DNA from: an uncultured Collinsella sp. | Lineage (GTDB): Bacteria > Actinomycetota > Coriobacteriia > Coriobacteriales > Coriobacteriaceae | DNA length: 64,000 nt | Reading direction: 5' to 3' | NCBI GenBank assembly: GCA_900542335.1 | Contig: UQNG01000002.1 | Coordinates: 946 to 64,945 of the forward strand | Part shown: positions 18,188 to 26,300 of the stretch, piece after piece | Layout: each line of letters begins with the position of its first letter | Position numbering within the stretch: the first letter of the stretch is position 1 | The notes under the pieces: model-generated | Databases searched by the model: none | What the model was told of the DNA's origin: nothing | What the model saw: the letters and a program-made list of their open reading frames with translations, nothing else | Position numbers and translations under genes: made by a program

Positions 18188-20068
18188 ATGAACCCGTATA
18201 CTTCTTCCGGTTCGGTCGCCACGATGACGGCCAACGTGTCCGGTAACGATAACCTTAACGACCTGGGTGACGGTCCGCGCCAGCCCGGCGATCCCGAGCG
18301 CTATCCCGTGGGTGCGGTGACTCGCCGCCTGCTGGGCTATGTTCGCCCGCACCGCATTTCGTTTGCAGCGTCGTTCGTGAGTGCCGCCATCTCCGTGATT
18401 TTGCAGCTCTACACACCTATTCTCATCGGCGAGGGCATCGACCTGATCATTGCCGCCGGTCAGGTGAACTTTGACGCGCTGCTGCCGCTTGTCACCAAAC
18501 TCGCGATTGTCGTCGTAGGTGCCGCGGCCTTCCAGTGGCTGCAGGGCTACTGCGTCAACCGCCTGTCCTACGAAACGGTGCGCGACATGCGCGTGGAGGC
18601 GAGCGATAAGCTCAGCCGCATGCCGCTCAGCTTTATCGACAGCCATGCCCACGGCGACCTCATGAGCCGCGTGGTCAACGACGTCGACCAGGTGGGCGAC
18701 GGTCTGCTGCAGGGCTTCACGCAGCTCTTCACCGGTGTTATTACCATCGTGGGCACGCTCGCGTTTATGCTTTCCATCAACCTGACCATGACGCTCGTGG
18801 TGGTACTCGTCACGCCGCTTTCCATTTTTGCAGCCGGTGCTATCGCCAAGCTCTCCAACAAAAGCTTTACGGCACAGCAGCGTATTCAAGGGCAGCTCGG
18901 TGGCCATATCGAGGAGTATGTGGGCGAGCAAAAACTGGTGGATGCGTTTGCCTACGGCCCGAACGCCCAAGCGCGCTTCGACGCCCTCAACGCCGAGCTC
19001 TATACGGCAGGTGAACGCGCACAGTTTATGGGCTCGCTTTCCAACCCCGGTACGCGCTTTATCAACAACATCATCTATGCCGTGGTCGCCGTGATTGGCT
19101 GCGTGGGCGTGATCACGGGCGTGCCCGCTGCGCTCACGGTGGGCGGCGTGCAGATTTTCCTGTCCTATGCCAACCAGTACACCAAGCCGTTCAACGAGGT
19201 CACTAACGTCATTACGCAGATCCAGACGGCGTATGCCTCGGCGCGCCGCATGTTTGCGCTGCTCGATGCGCGCGAGCAGGAGCCCGATGCGGCGGATGCC
19301 GTGGAACTTGCCGCCCCGCAGGGTGAGGTGACCTTTGAGCATGTGGACTTTAGCTACGTGCCCGACCGCAAGCTGCTGCAGGATATCTGCATCGAGGCCA
19401 AGCCCGGCATGCGCATTGCCCTGGTCGGCCCCACGGGCTGCGGCAAGACGACGCTCATCAACCTGCTGCTGCGCTTTTACGATATCGATGCCGGCCGCAT
19501 CGCAGTCGATGGCCGGTCTTCGCGTGGCTACACGCGCGCAAGCCTGTGCCGCGCCTTTGGCATGGTGCTGCAAGATACCTGGTTGTTCGAGGGCACCGTG
19601 GCCGAAAACATCGCCTACGGCTGTCCCGACGCTACGCGCGAGCAGGTTATCGAAGCTGCCAAGCACGCGCACGCGCACAAGTTTATCGTGCAGCTGCCAG
19701 GCGGCTACGATACGGTCATCGGCGAGGACGGCGGCACGTTTAGCCAGGGCCAAAAGCAGCTGCTGTGCATTGCGCGCGTCATGCTCACCGACCCGGCTAT
19801 CTTGCTGCTGGACGAGGCGACCTCGAGTATCGACACCCGCACCGAGCTGCAGGTGCAGGCGGCATTCGACGAGCTCATGGCCGGCCGCACAAGCTTTGTG
19901 GTGGCGCACCGCCTGTCGACGATTCGCAACGCCGACTGCATTCTGGTCATGCGCGACGGCAAGATTGTCGAGCGCGGCACGCACGACGAGCTGCTGGCGG
20001 CAGGCGGCTTCTACGCCGAGCTCTACTGCAGCCAGTTTGCCCAGCGAGCACGGCCGTGGGGCAAATGA
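18188..20068 (+). CDS. heterodimeric ABC exporter subunit (consensus Walker B)
   Basis: GPTGCGKT, FSQGQKQL, LLDEATSSID, VAHRLST. Confidence 0.95.
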   Translation: MNPYTSSGSVATMTANVSGNDNLNDLGDGPRQPGDPERYPVGAVTRRLLGYVRPHRISFAASFVSAAISVILQLYTPILIGEGIDLIIAAGQVNFDALLPLVTKLAIVVVGAAAFQWLQGYCVNRLSYETVRDMRVEASDKLSRMPLSFIDSHAHGDLMSRVVNDVDQVGDGLLQGFTQLFTGVITIVGTLAFMLSINLTMTLVVVLVTPLSIFAAGAIAKLSNKSFTAQQRIQGQLGGHIEEYVGEQKLVDAFAYGPNAQARFDALNAELYTAGERAQFMGSLSNPGTRFINNIIYAVVAVIGCVGVITGVPAALTVGGVQIFLSYANQYTKPFNEVTNVITQIQTAYASARRMFALLDAREQEPDAADAVELAAPQGEVTFEHVDFSYVPDRKLLQDICIEAKPGMRIALVGPTGCGKTTLINLLLRFYDIDAGRIAVDGRSSRGYTRASLCRAFGMVLQDTWLFEGTVAENIAYGCPDATREQVIEAAKHAHAHKFIVQLPGGYDTVIGEDGGTFSQGQKQLLCIARVMLTDPAILLLDEATSSIDTRTELQVQAAFDELMAGRTSFVVAHRLSTIRNADCILVMRDGKIVERGTHDELLAAGGFYAELYCSQFAQRARPWGK

Positions 20069-20168
20069 ATCAATCGACAGACGGTGGTTTACATCTGTCA
20101 CGTAAGTACTAAGATATTCATCTAATAAATTGCATTAGTGGCTTTAGTTTTGGGGGAAACGAGGCAAC

Positions 20169-20726
20169 GTGACTATGACGTGCTCTTTGGTGGTTAACAG
20201 CAAGAGCGGTAATACCAGGATGGTTTCGGGCGCGATCAAGCGCGCGCTGCAGGCTGCGGGTGTTGAGTTTGTCCATGCCGCGGCGTTGAGCGACGATGCG
20301 GATGCAGATCAGGTTGCGCTCGAGGCGCAGGGCGCCTGCGCGGCCGACACGGTGCTCGTCGGTTTTTGGTGCGACAAGGGCGCGTGCACGCCTTCGGTCG
20401 CGGCGTTGCTTTCCGCCTTGCACGGCAAGCGCGTGTTCCTGTTTGGCACCTGCGGCTTTGGGGCCGACCAGAGCTACTATCAGCAGATTATCGACCGCGT
20501 AACTTCCAATTTGGCTGGGGATGCCGAGCTTGCGGGTTGGGCGATGTGCCAGGGCAAGATGGGCCCTGCCGTAAAGCAGCGCTACGAGGCCATGCTCGAG
20601 CAAGATCCCGACAACGCCCGCGCTAAGTTGCTGCTCGATAACTGGGTCGCCGCAAAGGATCACCCCACCAAGGAAGATCTGGACAACACGGCCGCAGCCG
20701 CCAAAAAGGCCGTGCTGGGGGAGTAG
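20169..20726 (+). CDS. flavodoxin family protein (BilS-like)
   Basis: SKSGNT FMN loop, VGFWCDKG, FLFGTCGFG, MCQGKM, DHP. Confidence 0.85.
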   Translation: MTMTCSLVVNSKSGNTRMVSGAIKRALQAAGVEFVHAAALSDDADADQVALEAQGACAADTVLVGFWCDKGACTPSVAALLSALHGKRVFLFGTCGFGADQSYYQQIIDRVTSNLAGDAELAGWAMCQGKMGPAVKQRYEAMLEQDPDNARAKLLLDNWVAAKDHPTKEDLDNTAAAAKKAVLGE

Positions 20727-20768
20727 CTTCGCCGTTCGCGGTCCTTCGTGCAAAACAATGCAAATGTG

Positions 20769-20796
20769 AAAGCCTCGAAATTCTCGAGGCTTTTTT
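20769..20796 (+). terminator. intrinsic terminator
   Basis: AAAGCCTCGA/TCGAGGCTTT stem ending in a T-run. Confidence 0.8.
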
Positions 20797-21334
20797 CTTG
20801 ACACTTGTGGGCGCAACCGTGGCAAGCGTTTGGGGTGACATTTTCCATCACCCCGATGACGAGGCCGTCCTGGACGACACGCTCGCATGCGTTCGCCGGA
20901 TGTATTCAGAGTGGGACGGGTTTTCCGGATGGATGGGGTTTCCAGAAGGTATGGGCTGAGGGCTACAGGGGATAGCCGTAGAGGCATGAATAAGGGGGTT
21001 GAAAATAAATGATACTAAATGCAGTATAAATTTAATGTGGGGGGGGGGCACGATATCTGTGCCGTACAAAATATCAGACCCTCTATTGAGAAGTTGTGTA
21101 GGGGTTAGCCGCAGATGTTGGATAAAGCAGACAAGTGTGGGGACAAATAACCACTTACGGCAAAAATAGTAGCATTTGGCGGAAAGACGTTGATAAAAAC
21201 GCGGAAGTAGCTACGGTGATTGTTATAAATAGATTTCAGATTGGCTTTTTCGAACTCATCTATTAAGCGTCTTAGAAAAGTGGCTAATCCTTGATGGGAT
21301 CGAATATAGCCTCGATGGGGATGAAATTATCACT

Positions 21335-21892
21335 TTGGCGGCTCGTGCACTCAAATATTTTATTGCACTTCTTAGTAGCTTGGCGATTGTGCTCGTCATA
21401 GCTCTTGCCGTCGTTTCTTTTGTCCCTCGTGCATTTGGATACACGCCCTATGCAGTGCTTTCGGGCTCTATGGAGCCCGAGCTGCCCGTTGGCTCCATGG
21501 TGTTTGTTCGCCAAGTTGAGCCGACGAATATTGCCGTTGGTGACAATGCAACCTTTTACCGATCCGACGGCGCCGTGGTGACGCACCAGGTGTACGAGGT
21601 CGACCCTGTGGCGCAGACGATTAGCACGCAGGGAATCGCAAACAAAAATGCAGATGGAACCATCATGCACGACGCCGAGCAGACGCCTTTTTCACGCGTG
21701 ATCGGTGTCGTTTCTTTTTGTGTCCCTTACCTGGGCTTCGTTAACGCATATTGCACGACGATGCCCGGTTTGCTTGTTGTGGTGGCCGTTCTGGCGCTGC
21801 TGGTCGCGGCGTCGATAGTGCTCGATCGGGTGGTCCCCGACGAGCCTGCTGGCAAACATGCCGGCGCGCATGCGAGGGAGCGGCGTTCATAG
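21335..21892 (+). CDS. sipW: SipW-like (ER-type, S26B) signal peptidase I
   Basis: N-terminal TM, VLSGSMEP (Ser), VVTHQV (His), TQGIAN, VIGVVSFCVPYLG, C-terminal TM. Confidence 0.88.
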   Translation: MAARALKYFIALLSSLAIVLVIALAVVSFVPRAFGYTPYAVLSGSMEPELPVGSMVFVRQVEPTNIAVGDNATFYRSDGAVVTHQVYEVDPVAQTISTQGIANKNADGTIMHDAEQTPFSRVIGVVSFCVPYLGFVNAYCTTMPGLLVVVAVLALLVAASIVLDRVVPDEPAGKHAGAHARERRS

Positions 21893-21962
21893 CGGCAGGG
21901 AGAAGTGTCGGCAGCGGTCAGGGTCGTTGCCGGGGAAGACGATTCTCGAAAGGAGGAGAACG

Positions 21963-22652
21963 ATGGAAAACAAGAAGAAAAAGCGCTACGGCATCGTTGC
22001 CGCCTTGCTGCTGCTGGTGCTGGCAGCCGGCGTGGGAACGTATGCATGGCTGACGGCGCAGTCGAGCCTGACCAACAACTTCACTACTGCGGGCATCAAC
22101 AAGCCCACTACTGATCCTGACAAGCCGAGTCAGCCGCTTCCGGATGATGACACTAAGGTCAACGGCAACCTGACCGAGACCAAATGGGTTAAGGACTCTA
22201 AGCTCGCCCCTGGCGTGTCTGTTGCCAAGAATCCTAATGTCGGTATCGGCAAGGGATCCGAGGATGCATATGTGTACGTTTTCGTGAAGAACGAGACGGC
22301 GCCTGCCGGGACCGCTGATTCCAAGACGACTTACTTCACCATTAACCCTGGCTGGAAGGCCGTTAATGCGACCGCCGTTGCGGGTGAGCCGACTCATTAT
22401 CTCGGTGGCCTTTTCGTTTATGTTGGCAATGAGGCCGATGCCACTCCGCTTATTGCCAGCAAGACCGAGGACAAGTGGACCGGTGAGCTGTTCAGCACGG
22501 TGACTACGCCCAAGGAGACCGAGCAAAAGGATTTCGCCAATCCTGCCACGATGGATGTCAACTGCTTCATTTACGCAGCGGATGAAACCGCTGAGGGCTC
22601 TTCGGCGTCTGCTCTGGCTGCCGCCACGAGGTGGGCTAACGGCCTGAAGTAA
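21963..22652 (+). CDS. TasA/CalY-like SipW-dependent protein; candidate major pilin
   Basis: MENKKKKR-hydrophobic-GTYA|WLT signal; KLAPGVSVAKNPNV, AYVYVFV; RBS AGGAGGAG. Confidence 0.82.
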   Translation: MENKKKKRYGIVAALLLLVLAAGVGTYAWLTAQSSLTNNFTTAGINKPTTDPDKPSQPLPDDDTKVNGNLTETKWVKDSKLAPGVSVAKNPNVGIGKGSEDAYVYVFVKNETAPAGTADSKTTYFTINPGWKAVNATAVAGEPTHYLGGLFVYVGNEADATPLIASKTEDKWTGELFSTVTTPKETEQKDFANPATMDVNCFIYAADETAEGSSASALAAATRWANGLK

Positions 22653-22668
22653 TCCCGCCCACCCCATC

Positions 22669-22713
22669 GAGATCCCGGTCCGCTCCCCACCCCTATATTC
22701 GGGCCGGGATCTC
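22669..22713 (+). promoter_or_regulatory. intra-operon stem-loop without U-tract
   Basis: GAGATCCCGGTCCG/CGGGCCGGGATCTC between pilin genes 1 and 2. Confidence 0.6.
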
Positions 22714-22731
22714 GCCCCCTTCATCCGACGA

Positions 22732-23391
22732 TTGGCGAACGCAGTGCTCAACAATCTTTCCGACAATCAGAAACGCACCTTGGCGCTTGCCGCGGTGGCG
22801 CTGTTGGCCCTGGCGTGCCTGTGCGGCACGCTGGCTTTTACCGTTGATATGGTTCCGGCGAACAACGTCCTATCGTTTGGCAGCGTGAAGGTACGAGTCT
22901 GCGAATACACCCTAAACGAGCAGGGCGAGGAGATTCCGTTTGAGGCCGACGAACACGGGGACTATCCCGACACCAAGGCCGGGGGCTCTGACATCAGCCG
23001 CATTGTGCGCGTGGAGAACGCCGGCGCGCAGCCTGAGTACGTTCGCGCTCGTCTGCGCATGACGTCGGTGGCACCCGACGGCACGACCGCGGATGCCTCG
23101 GGCAACGTTGCCTTTAACGTGAACGCGGGCGAGGGGTCCCCGTGGATCGATGGCGGCGATGGGTGGTACTACTACCGCGGATTGGCCGGGCGTGGCGGCA
23201 TGCTCGACCCCGGCGCCATGACGGAAAGCCTCATGGACTCGCTGCGCTTTGTGGGCGACTACAACGATGCCGCGCGCGGCGGCTCATTCAAACTTGATAT
23301 CGACGTCCAGGCCGTGCAGGCCAAAAATCAGCAGGCAAACGATACCGTCCTCGACGTGCTCGACGTCGTGGGCTGGCCGGAGGCGAACTAG
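22732..23391 (+). CDS. TasA/CalY-like SipW-dependent protein; candidate minor pilin
   Basis: GTLA|FTVD...NNVLSFGSV; VRVENAG..PEYVRA; W..GGDGWYYY; DVQAVQA; start uncertain (TTG 22732 or GTG 22744). Confidence 0.78.
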   Translation: MANAVLNNLSDNQKRTLALAAVALLALACLCGTLAFTVDMVPANNVLSFGSVKVRVCEYTLNEQGEEIPFEADEHGDYPDTKAGGSDISRIVRVENAGAQPEYVRARLRMTSVAPDGTTADASGNVAFNVNAGEGSPWIDGGDGWYYYRGLAGRGGMLDPGAMTESLMDSLRFVGDYNDAARGGSFKLDIDVQAVQAKNQQANDTVLDVLDVVGWPEAN

Positions 23392-23394
23392 CCT

Positions 23395-26300
23395 ATGAAG
23401 ATCAAGAACAGAAATCGAGGTGTGCTCAGCAGGCTGATTGCCGTCGCGGCGATTGCCCTTTGCTGCGTTATGGTGCTGCCGGCGGTGGCGCATGCCGAGG
23501 GTAAAACCGAATTCCACATCAAAAACGAGGCTGACTTTTTGTCGTGCGTGGCGCTTTCGCGCGAGCGCGACACGCGCGATTGGCACGTCTATCTCGATAA
23601 CGATATTGAGCTCGATGGTGAGGACATGAAGACCATCGTCTCAAACACGGTCAAGCACCTCTCCTTTGGCAATAAGGAGCATCCCTTTAGGGGTGTTTTC
23701 GATGGCCAGAACCACACCGTTAAAGGTCTGGACTACGCCAACAATATGTTGGATCCCGAGCGCGATACGGGCTTTTTTGCCGAGACCGATGGCGCTACCA
23801 TCAAGAACTTCCTGGTCAAGGATGCCAACATTTGGGCTGACTTTCGCGGCGGCATTATCGTGGGCAAGGCCGTCAACACTCGCTTCGAAAACGTTATGGT
23901 CATGGAGAGCACCCTGCACGTTACGTGCGCCAACAACATGCTCAACGTGATTACCAATCCGGGCTTTGAGGGGGGCCTGATTGCCGGCGAACTCGACGGC
24001 TGCACGCTCTACAACTGCGAGGTCCGTGGTGGTCGCGCCGTTAACAACACCACTCCGGGCGTACAGGCAATCGGTGGCGAGGGCCTGTATATGGCGGCGT
24101 TTGCCGGCTACGTTAAGAACTCGACCATCGAGTATTGCCGCGTGACGCCTACGCGCAAAAAGGATGGCTCGATTGCCGAGAAGGGCATGACCGACGTCAC
24201 CAATAAATACGATGTGGCCATTGGCGCCCTGGGCGGCAACAACGTGTACGCCTCGGGTTTTGTGGGCTGTATGGCGGGTAACGCCAAGATTATCGACTGC
24301 TTCTCGACGGCGCAGTGCTACAGCTATGCCGCGTCGTACGTGGGCGTCATTTCCGTGACGCGCGCGTGGACAGGCGGACTGGCGGGCCGTATTTTAACCG
24401 AAGAAGGCAATGAGCTTGTCCGAAGCCACTTTGCGGGCGATCTGAGCTCGCGTCAGTACAACCCCATCGCCGTGATCCCCATTATTCAAAACGATGTGAA
24501 CCTGGGCGGTATTGCTGCACGCGCCAACAAGGGCGACGCCACGGTCACCGAGTGCTACTTTAAGCCGAGCGTGAGCCTTTCTGGCAATAGCCAGGGCAAT
24601 CCTGCCAAAAAGAAGATCCCTTCGTTTGGCGGCGACGGTACCACCAAGGGCGACAGCTATGGTCCGTGGGATGACGAGCGCTACATCACGCGTGAGCTAT
24701 GGGAAGAGCACGACTACGACTTCTGTGCCGGTACCATGCGCTCGACCGCTAACGACGATGCCCTGGGTGGCCAGCACACCAATGAGTGGGCGATGGATTA
24801 CAAGCTGAATATCCCCGTGCATGGGCAGAGCGTTAAGGCGACGATTGATTTTCCCGGCGCGGGCACCGCGACAATCGAGGCGACCAAACTCGGTATTGAT
24901 CAGAAGACCACGGATCCGTACACCTTTGCCGTGAGCGCCGTGCTGGCGGGAACGGCTCAGGGCTTGGCCCAGGGCGATACGTCGGTGACGTTTAAGCAGG
25001 AGACCTCTGCAAGGCCTGAGGGGCTGAGCGAGGCGAACGGCGGCTACCGCTTTATGGGCTGGTTCCGCGAGCCCGACGTGCGTGTGAACCGAATTGGACA
25101 AGACAACAGCTGGTTTGACGGCAAGACCGATGACGCTGCGGTGAAGGATGGCAAGCGCGTTCAGGACAACACGAAGCACGAGACGACGTCTAGCTACACT
25201 GCCGACAACGGCAAGGATCATGCCAAGAGTGAGGGCTTCAAGGGCAATGACCTCTTTATCGCTTCATACGAGGCGCAGGTGCTGTTCTATAACGTTAAAG
25301 GCGAGACGCTCAATTGGAAAGACGGCAAGGCACACGATCAGTCCACGGACTGGTACCGCTATGGCGTCGGTTTGACGCCCGCTGCCCCCGCGGATCGCGG
25401 CGGCTTGTCGAAAACCGCGACGTTTATCGGCTGGACCACGCAGCCGAACGACGATAAGAGCATGAACGGCGCCTATGCTGCCATTACCTCTCCTCAGCTG
25501 GCAGATCTTAAAAATCAGGGAGCTTTTTATCCTGCGGGTAGCGAGATCACCGTGGTCGGTCCCACCGATTTCTATCCCGTGTACAGCGACTACGTTTCGA
25601 ACATCATGACGGTGTTCGAAGGCAATGAGCAGGATGAACTCGGTGATGTGACCCAGCGCGTTGACGTGGGCAATACTCATGTGGACGTGCAGCCGGGCGA
25701 GAATGGAACGAGCTCCTATACCGTGCAGGTACGCGATGTGAACAATAAGCCTCTATCCGATGGCGGCACCCTGCCCGACGGCTACCGCTTCTTGGGTTGG
25801 TATGAAAACAAGGGGACCGAGGATGCCCCGCTCGAGGTGCGCGTAAGCCGCGACCCCAGCTATAAGCTTCCCGCCAACGTCGATTTGACCGTCAAGCATA
25901 CCTATACGGCGCGTTTTGAGTACCGCGTGGATTATTACGTCCGGGCTTATACCAACCAAGCGTTTACGGAAAGCAGGCTACTTTGTTCCGTTTGGAATCG
26001 GTATCAAACACCCTTTGAGGAAAACGTCGGTAGTACCTTCGTGCGTGAAAACGTCGTCCACTGGGGTCCGGAGCATGTTGACCACGGCATGAAGGATGAC
26101 TATGACGAAACGTGTGACACACGCTTCACGGCGAATACCCTTGTCGTGAGTCCCTTTAATGCATACTCGCACAACGTTAAAAACGATACGGGAGCCGATA
26201 CTCTAAAAAACCTCTATGCCGATACCGATTTTCCCGGCGCTGCAACCTTAAGCGATACTTGGACTTTGAGTTCACTGAACGTAACGGTCAAACCGGTGAA

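Noticed and set aside
16325..20101. 1258-aa minus-strand ORF, and similar long antisense ORFs (39077-41377, 48640-50703, 35618-37171, 58766-60448)
   Set aside because: Shadow ORFs opposite well-supported genes, expected from high-GC codon bias
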